A stretch of 64,000 nt of DNA from Octopus vulgaris (lineage: Eukaryota). Below, piece by piece: positions 27,701 through 39,439 of this stretch (position 1 is its first letter; every line of letters begins with the position of its first letter). The position numbers and the translations under genes were made by a program. The DNA lies in the NCBI GenBank assembly GCA_951406725.2, contig OX597825.1, positions 85,374,001 through 85,438,000 of the forward strand, read 5' to 3'. Under the pieces are notes generated by a model. The model did not search any database. It was not told where the DNA came from and saw only the letters and a program-made list of their open reading frames with translations.

Positions 27701-29314
27701 CAACTTCCTGAAATAACAAATAAACAATGGCAGATTAGCCGAAAGTGTCGGTTCCATGTCTTCTGTATTTGCGTCAAGGAACTATGAGTTTGGTCGAAAT
27801 GCTTCGAGAGAGTAAATTCTGTTAAGGACACCCAAACACATCCAGTTTTGGATTAAGCAACTCACTCGAAGCACTGCAACCAAATCTAATATAAATCAGA
27901 GATTTTGTTCAGATCACAGCAGGAAGAGAGAAAAGTAAAAATGGTTATTGGGATTGGCTATCTGGCCTCTGTGCTGGTGGCACGTAAAAGACTCCATTGG
28001 AGCCTGATCGTTACCAGCATCACCTTAATGGCACCTGTGCTGGTGGCATGTGTAAAAAGATTCAAGCGAAGTCATTGCCAGTACTACCTGACTGGCCCCG
28101 TGTCGGTGGCATGTAAAATTACCCATTACACTCTCGGAGTGGTTGGCGTTAGGAAGGGCATCTAGCTGTAGAAACTCTGCCAGATCAAGATTGAAGCCCG
28201 GTGCAGCCATCTGGTTCGCCAGTCCTCAGTCAAATTGTCCAACCCATGCCAGCATGGAAAACGGACGTTAAACGATGCTGATGATGATGAGATTATTCTT
28301 GGAGGAGTTTGAATTCCAACAGAAAGCTGTTTTACAAGAACTGTACTGTGTATGTCTAAATCGGACAAACAGGTATTATAATACTTTTTACCTGATCCAG
28401 AGGAATCGAACATTATGTTTTATAAGAGATGTGGCAAGAAAAGCTTCCATGCGGTTGTTTTGTGTGCTAGAAACAACAGCCAAATAAAACTGTAGTGACA
28501 AGAGAAGTTGAAAAGTAATGAGTAAATGAAGATAGAGCCCTAAAGAGAGAATGCTTGTGGTTAGATCAGCTTTGATCAAAGATGTGGTTGATCAGACCTA
28601 GCTCCTATTTCCAGCATATCGAGCGACCATGTTGAAGCTTCCTCCTCGATGTGCTAATAGTTTTCTGGGGGGTTTATTAATAGGTTGTTACGATTATTGA
28701 GGAAGGGAAATATGAAAGACAGATAGAAGAAATTGAATGCGCGGTCATGTTTAAGGGAGACAATTCAGTCACTCAAGTAACAAATAACATACTGCACTTA
28801 TGTCCCCTGAACGTAGAACCGACCGCAGTCAATAAAACATTAAACCCTTTATAGGGTCTAATAAACCGTTCTCTCATTAGATCCGATTATCATAGGGTCG
28901 CTCCACTAAATGACACTGCATTAAAGTATAAATATATATATACACAAAGGGGTTTGTATGATTGTGTATAGAAGAATATATTATTCAAAGGAATTCTAAC
29001 TGTCTTTTATGTTTTACTGATATTCTTATAATATTAATATAGGATATAGAATATATTAATACGATATAAAATATATTAATATAGGATATAGAATAACGCT
29101 TCGACTGTCGAAGCGTTCTTGTCACAATCTGAACCTGATGAATGCTTAAATGCAAGAAAGAATAGACATTTCATATTTAATTTTCAATATTTCATTTGTT
29201 CAATCAAGACTTCATTTCATTTCTTTCTTAATATATATTCTATATTCTACATTCTACATTAATATTATAAGAATATAAATAAAACATAAAGAACAGAGTT
29301 GGAATTCCTTTGAG

Positions 29315-29349
<35 letters not shown>

Positions 29350-32300
29350 TTGCTATAATGCGAAAGTATCGTAAGTCCAAAACGTTTTACCAGTCACAAT
29401 TTCCATAGCAAAACCGTTGTACTACACTGACGATTGTTGATATCTTGGCATCCGAAGACGCTGGAGGTATGATAGTTTGACCAAAGGAAGCGGCTATTGT
29501 AAGCAAAAGTATATATTGGAAAAAACCTATTTGGCCAAATTTGGACATACAATAGTTTAACATAATAGCATTGTGAAACTGTGATAATTATAACTGACAT
29601 TTGACAAAGCTCAGGTCAGACCCACAATGGGATTTAGCTTTCAAAATAAATTTGCTGCTGCTGCTGTTGCACACACTGGTATCTTAGACCACATCCACAT
29701 AAGGGCCACCCCCACTGACTGATTGGCATAAAGTACCTCACAAAATATCTCCTTCACAACTGCTATTTCCAGCCTGCTGTTGTTCCAGCAACTAGGTTTT
29801 CAGAACATCCTCCTCAACTATTAATTGGGTCATCCAGGTAACAGGAACTACCAACTACATCTAAGGACACTTTGGGGGCAATTGAGAAAGTTTATCTCAC
29901 CTGTGTTGTTAGAGTTTATTGCTCCTGTGCACCTGTGCCATATACAAAGTCTACTTTTTCTGTTAATCTTCCTGGAATACCACTGTTCCTTTTCTATGTA
30001 TATAGTTTGCATTGCATACACTTTACATCTTTCAGAATTTCTGCCCCCTTCTTCTTCAAAGTTATTTCCTTGATGGAAGCAGACACATACCTGTTTTCCT
30101 ATTTAGAGATCCTTCCATTCCAGGCTTCGCTTCCAAACCTCAAGTTTCTTTCTTAATTCTGCTGCAGATTCAGTTATAATAATGAGGTCAACAGCATAAA
30201 AGAGTTCCCAGGAGTAATGAGTCTTAAACTCATCTGACATGGCCTAGAAAACTATGACGAATAGGGGGGAACTGATAACTGAGCCCTGCAGAACTCCTAT
30301 CTGAACACTTAGATTCATCACTCTGTTCACTGTTATCCTTCACCTGACAACATCTCTGTACATGGCTTTTTGGTTTCCACAAGCAATTCTTTGACATTAA
30401 TTCCTTAGAGATCCCCCAGATTACAGAGCAAGGGACCCTGTCAAAAGCATTCTCCACACAGACGAAAGCTAAATACAGGGGCTTCATTTTAGCTAGACAC
30501 TTCTCCCACAGTTTTGTTCTTTCCACTCACACATCACATTTATCATCTTCCCCCACCAGACCACTAAATTATCTCTCCTCCCCACTCCAGCAACCTGCCC
30601 AACCACACATCATCACTCTATCTATCTATCTATCTCTATCTCTGTCTCTCATCTTCCCTTTGTCAACTGCATCCTCATTACACTATCCTGCTGCTCCCCA
30701 CTCTCCCTGCCCCAGCTTAAGACCCACCCCCCCACCAAGAGGTGGAGAGATGGATGAGTCAGAGGGACTAAATGGTGGGGAGTAAGGATGGTGTGATGGT
30801 TTAGCTGATTAGGTTTAAAAGCCTGGTACCTATTCTGTCAGATACTTTTGGCCATGCCATGGGGATGGAAGCAAATTAATGCCACTTGCTGAACATAAAG
30901 ACCCACCCACACACCACACACATTAGATATATATATATATATTTCGTTTTTGTATTTGGTTTACAAGATTATTTGTGTGAATTCGTGTATTGTCTGGGGT
31001 GAGTCATTCTCTTTCAGTGCTTTGTTACTTAACACATTCACCGGTTCGATTTCCACTAATTTACTTATTCATTTTTTACTAAAATGCAATGAAAATTTTA
31101 GAAAAAAAGGAATAAGTAAATGAGTGGAAATTGAACCAGTGAGTGTGTTAATTAATAAGGCACTGAAAGAGAATGAATCTCCCCAGATACAATAATATAT
31201 ATGTGTGTAAAAAGCACCATCCGTCCGTGGCCGTTTGCCAGCTCCGTCTGGCACCTATGCGGGTGGCACATAAAAATCACTCATTACACTCATGAAGTGG
31301 TTGGCGTTAGGAAGGACATCCAGTCGTAGAAACACTGCCAGATCAGATTGGGCCTGATGCAGCCTTCTGGCTTCACAGACCCCAGCTGAACCGTCCAACC
31401 CATGCTAGCATGGAAAGCGGACGTTAAACGATGATGATGATGATGATGTGTGTGGTTCAAAACTGTACAAACTGGAAAAGAGATGGGGTGGGGGAGAACA
31501 ACAAACATGGTGTATTAGTTTGATGTTCAGCAAAAAAAAGGAAATCTTGAATGCTTTGAGCCTGAGGCTCAAAACATCCAAGGCTCTTCCAAACTAATAG
31601 AACCTTGTTTGTTGTTCTCCCCACCCCGTCCTTTTCTTTTGTACATTTTCAAACCCCATATAATAAAGGCTTGTGTGGTCACCCCAGTTTGATCCCGTTT
31701 AACTGAATTTCCTCCTCTCTTCAACCTTCGTCTCCTCTACTTTACCACCACTCCACCCAGACTACCATCGGAACTTTATACCTCTCAGACTCTAACTTCA
31801 TGGATCTTACTGTACACTGTGATTGACTAATATCTATAGAATTGGCTTACACGTAGTTTCCATCTGACAAATTTTAGTCATAACTCATTGGTTTGGTCAG
31901 GATTATAGAAAACCTTGGACCATGATGTCCTATGCTGTGGGCAAGGGTTTTCTATAGTCCTAGCCTGAAACAGAAAGGGTTTACTACAGATCTGAACTCA
32001 AAACCACAAGCTTACATGAGCAAACTTCTTAAATGCATAGCCATGTCACCACCTATATTCACTCATATGGTTTATGTCCATTTTTCTACGTTAGCATGGG
32101 TTAGACAAGTATAGTATTGAGACACTGTTTTTACAACCAGATGCCCTTCCTGTTATCAAGTGAGAGATCTCTTAATCTAAACCAGGGTCACCAAACTTGT
32201 TTCACAATGGGCCAGATAACTGAGAGAACAATGAGTGCAGGCCGATTAACCGTTTTGTTCAATACAATATAGTGAATACAGAAAAAATAAAGACAACCAA

Positions 32301-34097
32301 CATATTTATTTACCAAAAAGTTATCAAAGAAGGCAACATTAGCAATAAAATAGTTTTATCACACCCGGTGCACACATGACCGAATTTCACAAACTAAGCA
32401 GCAAAAAAGGTTGGTGAGATTTGTGAAACTGGTGTTTAGCTTTTAAGATATCATCAATATTTGCTTTGGAATTGGTGCCTCCAACCAAGAGAATTGCTTT
32501 CAAATGTTCATCAGCCAACCTCGTTCGATGGGCTGACTTCACATTCTTCATTATTGAAAATGTTTGGTCAGAGACATAAGTTGTTCCAAACACTGATGCC
32601 ATACCAGAGGCAAACAAACTCTCATTGCAGGTACTTATACGAAAATAACAATGTGGCAGTGGGCTGGATGAACTGACTTCACAGGCCATAGTCTGGTGAC
32701 CCCTGGTTTAAACATATTCAAAGGCACAGAGCATGAAGCTGGTTTATAGATTTATTTGGTAATCAATGTTATTTAAGGTATAAATTACAGGTATAAAAAC
32801 TGGTTTCAGGTTTTATCGAATTTCGGGCAATCAGCAACTGCTTGAAAAGCATAAAAATGTGAAGTTATAAAATGCAATCGAAATAATAATAATAATAATA
32901 ATCTTTTCTACTCTAGGCACAAACCCGAAATTTTGGGGAAGGGGGCCAACCAATTACATCAACCCCAGCACGCAACTGGTACTTAATTTATCAACCTCCC
33001 AAAATATGAAAATAGAAATCAGAGTATAATAATAATAATAATCTTTTCTACTCTAGGCACAAGGCCCGAAATTTTTTTTTGGGGGGTGAATCGATCACAT
33101 TGACCCCAGTACATAACTGGTACTTAATTTATCGACCCCGAAAACATGAAAATAGAACTCAGAGCATAACAATAATAATAATGCCCTAGTGAAACTATCA
33201 GCATGTCTTATTTTTATGAATTGCATTGCTTTGACTTATAAAAAAATTACTATCACAAACACCCACATATACGTAAGTAGAGACAATTACGCGGATAAAG
33301 AAATGAAATATAACAGCTGGGTTTCATACACGACATCTATATTTGTGTTTCCATGTAAACAGGAAGAAAACAAAGAATTTCAGACGATGAATATTTAAGT
33401 ATTGATATATAAGATGTTTACATTAATTAATAGATCAAAGTTACAGAGAGGACAAACGACAGAGGAAATTAAAGAGAAGGAAGTCCAACAGCCGTGTCAA
33501 GGATCTCGGAGACCCAGCAGGATGTTGGTACATGTAGTTCACCAAAAATATAAGACAGCGTGTTGGCAGAATCGTTAGCACGCCGGACGAAATGCTTAGC
33601 GCTATATCGTCTGCCGGAGTTCAAATTACGCCGAGGTCGACTTTGCCTTTGTTTCTTTCGGGATGGATAAATTAAGGGTTGATGTAATCGATTTAATCCC
33701 TTTGTCTGTCCTTGTTTGTCCCTTCTGTGTTTAGCTCCTTGTGGGCAGTCAAGAAACAGATACATGTAGTTCACCAAAAATATGCATAAACACACACACA
33801 CACGTATATATATAGAATTGCAGTTCCCAACAACCTCCTTTAAAGTTACACTACACAATGATGCCTCGCACCAAAACTGCCTCATGGATTACTTATGTCC
33901 ATTCATTCGATCGGTTTCTGAAACGCTTCGCCGGTAATCTACGATGAAGATATACATATAAATAACTTGCTAAATACGATAGGCAGACGACCCAGGGGAT
34001 GAGAAATAGTGGATTGGTTTAGTGTTTCCCTACTCACCGTGGTTCCTATTGTGATGTCGAAGAAGACGACCGGGTTCGCGGGGTTGCAAGCCGTCAT
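16663..34097 (-). CDS. PPIH: Peptidyl-prolyl cis-trans isomerase H (cyclophilin H, U4/U6 snRNP-associated), 7 coding exons, 175 aa
   Basis: Manually spliced join(34097-34038,27707-27643,26208-26140,25368-25326,23114-23022,19185-19098,16772-16663) = 528 nt, all GT-AG with consistent phases. Translation [175 protein letters not shown]. The RKDGVP loop insertion and the C-terminal [22 protein letters not shown] are characteristic of PPIH. Confidence 0.97.
16979..17390. repeat. Degenerate (GAT)n array in PPIH intron 6
   Basis: Imperfect trinucleotide repeat; similar arrays at 49781-50015, 51360-51930, 55240-55610. Confidence 0.9.
17862..18241. mobile_element. Tc1/mariner-type MITE (380 bp)
   Basis: TIRs CACTACCGTCAGAAATTAATTAGCAC / GTGCTAATTAATTTCTGACGCAAGTG; TA on both sides. 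Confidence 0.85.
18292..18478. mobile_element. PLE-like fold-back with decayed G3-C8 HHR (18377-18423, minus)
   Basis: Terminal inverted 24-mers 18292-18315 / 18455-18478; same family as 40912-41060. Confidence 0.65.
18486..18720 (-). mobile_element. SINE family C (Meta-like core GGCGTTAGGAAGGGCATCCAGC, (GAT)n tail)
   Basis: Other copies at ~25820-26010(+), 27960-28290(+), 31210-31450(+), 32070-32155(-). Confidence 0.75.
19098..19185 (-). CDS. PPIH: PPIH exon 6 ([29 protein letters not shown][G])
   Basis: Acceptor tttcag, donor gtaagt; 88 nt. Confidence 0.96.
21445..21790 (-). mobile_element. PLE-like pLTR-type dispersed repeat (ACAGGAC-terminus family)
   Basis: Near-identical terminus at 60993-61135; related copies at 45895-46330 and 48700-49080; abuts (TA)n; contains a CUGAUGA-hairpin half motif. 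Confidence 0.5.
22675..22948. mobile_element. Fold-back/MITE with 115-bp inverted arms in PPIH intron 5
   Basis: 22675-22789 vs 22834-22948; AACAACAACAAAGTA direct repeat at ~22605 and 22951. Confidence 0.8.
23022..23114 (-). CDS. PPIH: PPIH exon 5 ([31 protein letters not shown])
   Basis: Acceptor ttttag, donor gtaagt; 93 nt. Confidence 0.96.
23640..23850 (+). mobile_element. PLE-like pLTR fragment with mutated HHR (23721-23757)
   Basis: CUGUGGA-A-GAGC-auag-GCUC-AAAA-CGUU (G12 lost); same family as 57700-57840 and 31450-31660. Confidence 0.6.
24151..25233 (-). mobile_element. Internally deleted piggyBac element
   Basis: TTAA at 24147-24150 and 25234-25237; TIR CCCTTTCCTTAC / GTAACGAAAGGA; subterminal direct repeats TTCGGGCGGCTTTGGGCGGTTTGGT x2; truncated transposase ORF. 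Confidence 0.9.
24520..24954 (-). pseudogene. Truncated piggyBac (PGBD4-like) transposase N-terminus, 144 aa
   Basis: Acidic N-terminus then [24 protein letters not shown]; catalytic DDD region absent. Confidence 0.85.
25326..25368 (-). CDS. PPIH: PPIH exon 4 ([14 protein letters not shown])
   Basis: Acceptor ctttcag, donor gtaagt; 43 nt; cyclophilin FMxQGGD motif. Confidence 0.96.
26140..26208 (-). CDS. PPIH: PPIH exon 3 ([22 protein letters not shown][R])
   Basis: Acceptor ttccag, donor gtgagt; 69 nt. Confidence 0.96.
27643..27707 (-). CDS. PPIH: PPIH exon 2 ([21 protein letters not shown][R])
   Basis: Acceptor tttcag, donor gtaaaa; 65 nt. Confidence 0.96.
28977..29321. mobile_element. 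PLE-like fold-back with central perfect hairpin and degenerate HHR
   Basis: Arms ~28977-29060 / 29229-29321; palindrome AACGCTTCGAC-T-GTCGAAGCGTT at 29095-29117; CUGAUGA-aUGC..GCAa-GAAA at 29135-29159; ends in (TA)n. Confidence 0.65.
30170..30520 (-). mobile_element. RTE-clade LINE reverse transcriptase remnant
   Basis: [30 protein letters not shown] corresponds to the RT motif LAFVDLEKAFDRVP. Confidence 0.8.
30942..31194. mobile_element. PLE-like fold-back, same family as 9201-9528
   Basis: Inverted arms from ~30988 to 31194; fold at HHR 3' half GCAATGAAAATTTTAG; (TA)n at both ends. Confidence 0.7.
31450..31660. mobile_element. PLE-like fold-back centred on HHR helix II
   Basis: Centre TTTGAGCCT-G-AGGCTCAAA (31555-31573); diverged ~100-bp arms homologous to the 23740-23850 / 57730-57840 family. 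Confidence 0.65.
32183..32705 (-). mobile_element. Non-autonomous hAT (Buster/Charlie/SPIN-like) element
   Basis: TIR CAGGG(G)TCACCA; imperfect 8-bp TSD ATCTAAAC/GTTTAAAC; dimerisation-domain remnant [37 protein letters not shown]. Confidence 0.88.
34038..34097 (-). CDS. PPIH: PPIH coding exon 1 ([20 protein letters not shown])
   Basis: ATG at 34097 in AAAAATG context; 60 nt; donor GTGAGT at 34037. Confidence 0.93.
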
Positions 34098-34227
34098 TTT
34101 TAAATATTTGAATTAAACCGACAAGGGAGATCACTCTTGTTGACTTATGATTTTTTTCACAGAAGAGCGTAACACGAACAATTCTGTTGTTTCTGAGGAG
34201 AGTCAAACTGTTCTAATGTATCCATGG

Positions 34228-34261
<34 letters not shown>

Positions 34262-34320
34262 GGTTCAATTTCCATTCATTTATTATTTATTTTTGTTTTT
34301 CTTCCAAACATAAAAATAGG

Positions 34321-34562
34321 GGTACTATTTAAAAAGAGTGGTCCCGGTGCGCGTACTCGCGCATCCGCGCTAGCTAGTCGTGACTAGTCGATCCTTACTT
34401 TGTATTTTTGTTTTATATTTACTTTGTTTACGAACATTATTTACTTTGTGTAATAAAGTTTTATTTACTTTACAAGGTAGTCATTGTAGGATCCACTAGT
34501 CATGACTAGCTAGCGCGAGTACGCGAGTGCGCGCGCCGGGATCACTCTTCTTAAATAGTACC
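34321..34562. mobile_element. MITE with 75-bp CpG-rich TIRs and 6-bp TSD, 224 bp upstream of the PPIH ATG
   Basis: TIRs 34321-34395 / 34488-34562; AATAGG at 34315-34320 and 34563-34568. Confidence 0.88.
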
Positions 34563-35755
34563 AATAGGAATGATTTATTGAGCTTTTGTCGTTTATTCTT
34601 CCAGATTAATTAGGGTTATACTTTAATGTCTTCAGACCACTGCCGTTGTTACATCAGATGCAATTGATATCAACTTTTTTTTAACAGATTCATAGATTAT
34701 CTTTATTTATTTATGTATATTTCTCTTTGACTTGTTTCACTCATTGGATTGCGGCCACGCTGAAGGGTTTAGTCGAATTAATTGATCCCAGCAGTGTTGG
34801 ATATTTATTCTTTACTTGTTTTGCACAATCATCGTTATAAATTTTCTGTACATTAATTACATTACTTGATATATTTTACATTTCATAATTTAATCACGAG
34901 TTAATTACATCGCCGATAAATCTGTCGTCATGCATTTCATGTTTAACAATCATAAAATAAATTCATAAACTCCAAAATAATATAATAGTTACCAATGGAG
35001 CTGGTCTTAATTGCTTTTAGGTAATTAGCTGACGATAACTTTAATAAATCAAGAGTTTATATTCTTTTCTACTCAAGGCACAAGGCCCGAAATTTTAGGG
35101 GACGGGGTCAGACGATTAGATCGACCCCAGTGCGCAACTGGTATTTAATTTATCGACCCCGAAAAGATGAAAGGCAAAGTCGACCTCGGCGGAATTTGAA
35201 CTCAGAACATAAAGACAGACAAAATACCAATTTCTTTACTATCCACAAGGGGCTACACACAGAGGGGACAAACAAGGACAGACAAACGGATTAAGTCGAT
35301 TATATGGACCCCAGCTCGTCGCCTTAGAGGTAAAGTGGAACTCGGCAGAATTTGAACTCAGAACGTCTTTAAGACGGATGAAATACCGCTACACATTTGC
35401 CCGGTGTGCTAACGATTCTGAAAGCTCGCCGCCTTATAAATCAAAATTTTATATTGCACGGTATCTGATAGACCTGCATTTGTCGATATCATTGAAAAGC
35501 GTGCCACTGGCCACTCTTAGTTATTTCTCTCACCTCGTCTTTGTTTCACTTATACTAATTACCTTAGCTGAACACCTTCTTGGATTGCTCTGCTGCCAAA
35601 AGCTACTGAGCCAGAAACACCTGTCCCAGACTGTCCCCTAATCTCCAGTCAATAAACTTGTCCTCTTCCTATGTCGATGTGAGAGAATTCTTGATTCTTG
35701 AGATTTCCTTCTCTTCTCAAGTGGAAATGATCTCAATTGCCGTTGATTATTATCA

Positions 35756-36131
35756 TTACCTCCGCCTTCGCCAAGGCGTAGGTATTGTTTTCGGTCGCGT
35801 TTATTTGTTTGTTTGTCTTTGGACAATATATCTCAAGAACCACTGGATGGATTTGGATGAAACTTTCAGGGATGTTTGGCCTCGTGACTGGCACGACGTG
35901 ATTAGATTTTGGGATCGATCTAGTACGGGACAAGGAATCTGGATTATTCTTTTTTTTTTTTTTTTTTTTTTAACTTAATTTTTGAAAGCGGTCGGATTCA
36001 TTTTTAGTATTCTCGTTTGTGAAAGCAGTCGATTTTATTTCAGATCTTTTCATTTTAAAAATTTATCTCTGTTTAATCATTGAGAGGACTCTGGTGTTGC
36101 CTTGGCAGAGGTTTGCGCTCTCTGAGTGTTC
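35756..36131 (+). mobile_element. Helentron-associated (HINE/DINE-1-like) non-autonomous element
   Basis: Subterminal IRs ACCTCCGCC(ttcg)CCAAGG / CCTTGGCAGAGGT, short 5' IR, (GTTT)n tract, 3' hairpin GCGCTC-TCT-GAGTGT, T-rich site. Confidence 0.6.
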
Positions 36132-37337
36132 TTCTCCTTCTTCTTCTTATTATTGAGTGAGAGAGAGCAGAGCATGCCATCAAAGTGACACTGGGGTAAA
36201 ATATACGAAGCCCAGTATACCCATCATAACTACCCGTCTGGTAAGGGTACACCAGGTATATGCATCACAACCATATGTGCGCGACATGGTGATCTCATAT
36301 CAAGATAAGCAGCACATGACCTTGCAAATGGGGTCCAGTTAGAATTGTCTTCAGATTGAGTAGCCCATCCTGATCAAAGGGTCCCTGAATAAGGGTTGTT
36401 TAAGGATGTTGAACAAAACACCCATGTTTCCAGAGGTGAATTATCCAAACCCCAAAGAATTCTTCTCAACACATGGCTATGATGCTCATGGTAAGAGATG
36501 CACATATCATCAGCCTCCAAGGGATATGGTCAACTGGTTATGGTCAAGCAACTGACAAGCAAATCTGTGATATTGAGCAGAATATTTGCTGTAGTCCATC
36601 TTGGTATAAACCAAAACGAAAGTTTTAGGAAAATAAAAATAAGAAATAAGTGGAAATTTTACCGGTGAGTGTGTTACATTATAAGGCACAAAAAGAAAAT
36701 GACTCTCCCCAGACACAACAGAATGTGGATGCTAGTTTGAATATAATAGGGTGGAATGATGATACACGTGCACGAGTGCACGCGTACGCGTGAGAGAGAC
36801 ACAGACAGTACAAATTCAAGAAAGCTAACCCTTCAAACAAATATAGGTGAAGAATTTGTTACGGGTTTAATATAAAACCTGACATATAATAGAGAACCAT
36901 AAGGCTGGTTTCCATTTCATTGTATTTAATGTTTTTTTAAAAATCTGTTGGGAAAGGTATGAATATCTCATCTTCTCAAATTAATCCTTATTCAATATAA
37001 GCGAAGGCGTTTTCAATGTGTTTCTTGGAAGGAAAATAACTGCATTCTCAACTTTCGAAGTTCTCTCCCTTGCTACATCTTACGTTCTATGAATTTTAGA
37101 TGACGTTGACTTTGCCATTGTGAACGTCGCATACCTTTCCAATGCACTTCATTCGAGAAGGAACAATACTTAAACACAACATCTCAAAGCCTTCATGACT
37201 GTTTGATAGATACAATGCTTATAGTATAAATAAGATGCTCAAGAGAGAGCAATGTTCGCGTGGAATATAATTGACGGGTGGACTCAATACATTAGTTAGA
37301 GTACTCCACTTCATTTACAGTAGACACCCTCGTTAGG

Positions 37338-37392
<55 letters not shown>

Positions 37393-37627
37393 GGAGAGAA
37401 AGAGACAGAGACAGAGATACATACATACACAAGCGCGCGCACACACACACACGTATTTACATGTATGTATTCTTTTATTCTTTTAATTGTTTCAGTCATT
37501 TGGCTGCAGCCATGATGGAGCAACCGCCTTTAGTCGAACAAATCGACCCCAGGACTTATTCTTTGTAAGCCTAGTACTTATTCCATTTGCCTTTTTGCCG
37601 AACAGCTTTATTACGGGAACGTAATAA

Positions 37628-37662
<35 letters not shown>

Positions 37663-37921
37663 CGACGGGCTTCTTCCAGTTTCCGTCTAGCAAATCCACT
37701 CACGAGGCTTTGATTGACCCGAGGCAATAGTAGAAGTCACTTGCTCAAGGTGCCACTCAGTGGGATTAAACCCGGGACAATGTGGTTGGTATGCAAGCTA
37801 CTTACCATACAGTCACTCCTGCACCTATATGTATATACGTGTGGGTGGGTGTGGGTGTATGTGTGTATATGTGTACATATAAACATATATATTACACACA
37901 CATATATGTGTGTGTGTAACA

Positions 37922-37952
<31 letters not shown>

Positions 37953-37975
37953 TGATAATAATAATAATAATAATG

Positions 37976-38009
<34 letters not shown>

Positions 38010-38096
38010 TACTGACCCACGTGGTCTTGTGGAAACGCGCGTAGCGATGCATTAGAATATTTATAAATTCCATCCATGGATTAATGTTATTATTAT

Positions 38097-38143
<47 letters not shown>

Positions 38144-38328
38144 TACAAAATTAGAAAATGGCGAAACATACTTAAATCAATAAAACATCAACTATCAGAT
38201 GATACCCAATCAATACTTTATTACACCATTACATATCACTAAAGGCATTATACAAAATATAAAGTAAATATAAATAGACAAGGAAATAGAAATATAAAAT
38301 ATAAAATATAATATGTAATTATATCATA

Positions 38329-38438
38329 TCTGACAGCTGTTTCGGCAGTAAGGGCAGTCATACCTCATTTAACCTATAAGCCATAAAGGCAGGTATAAAT
38401 GAGGCATTAACAAGGATGCCCCACGGCCTCTTCAGAGA
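38329..38438 (-). ncRNA. Type I hammerhead ribozyme motif (left-arm copy)
   Basis: Reverse complement of 38958-39067 with one substitution in helix II. Confidence 0.75.
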
Positions 38439-38957
38439 ATTTAATTTGTTATAATTGTTAAAAAAATTATTTTTCCATATACATATAAATATAAAAATAT
38501 AAAAATGTAAAATATAAAAACTTGTGCATAAACTCCATAATGCTACACATATATAATACTCATTGATACAATAATGCAAGGTAAACAAAACAAAATAAAA
38601 CAAAATATATATCAGTGTATATATTAATATTAATAAGCACAGTTATTTTACATATTTAGCTAATAGTTCTAAAAACTAACACATACACCTCCCTATGCGC
38701 ATACATCTCCCTATGTGTTAGTTTTTAGAACTATTAGCTAAATATGTAAAATAACTGTGCTTATTAATATTAATATATACACTGATATATATTTTGTTTT
38801 ATTTTGTTTTGTTTACCTTGCATTATTGTATCAATGAGTATTATATATGTGTAGCATTATGGAGTTTATGCACAAGTTTTTATATTTTACATTTTTATAT
38901 TTTATATTTATATGTATATGGAAAAATAATTTTTTTAACAATTATAACAAATTAAAT

Positions 38958-39067
38958 TCTCTGAAGAGGCCGTGGGGCATCCTTGTTAATGCCTCATTTA
39001 TACCTGCCTTTATGGCTTACAGGTTAAATGAGGTATGACTGCCCTTACTGCCGAAACAGCTGTCAGA
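38958..39067 (+). ncRNA. Type I hammerhead ribozyme motif with long helix II (right-arm copy)
   Basis: UCU-CUGAAGA-GGC[~80-nt hairpin]GCC-GAAAC-AGCU-GUC-AGA; canonical core, GUC site, palindromic helix III ACAGCUGU. Confidence 0.78.
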
Positions 39068-39439
39068 TATGATATAATTACATATTATATTTTATATTTT
39101 ATATTTCTATTTCCTTGTCTATTTATATTTACTTTATATTTTGTATAATGCCTTTAGTGATATGTAATGGTGTAATAAAGTATTGATTGGGTATAATCTG
39201 ATAGTTGATGTTTTATTGATTTAAGTATGTTTCTCCAGTTTCTAATTTTGTAGTATTAATTTACGGTAATATTATTACCTTTGCCCATATAATACAATAG
39301 ATGAACTAATTGCTTGGCAATTTTTAACATCTATGTATTAGTCTTGTTGGGTACCTACCTAGCAGTTGGATATATGTTATATTGGATATATGTTATCCCA
39401 TGGTGGGTTGAAGTTTTCAACCCCTATCTCATTTTATAA

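Noticed and set aside
29600-30160. CYLDD motif on the minus strand, possible RT fragment
   Set aside because: Surrounding frame does not extend into recognisable RT motifs.
38358-39038. Duplicated ORF ending KRPWGILVNASFIPAFMAYRLNEV on both strands
   Set aside because: A by-product of the palindrome; overlaps the ribozyme and has no recognisable domain.
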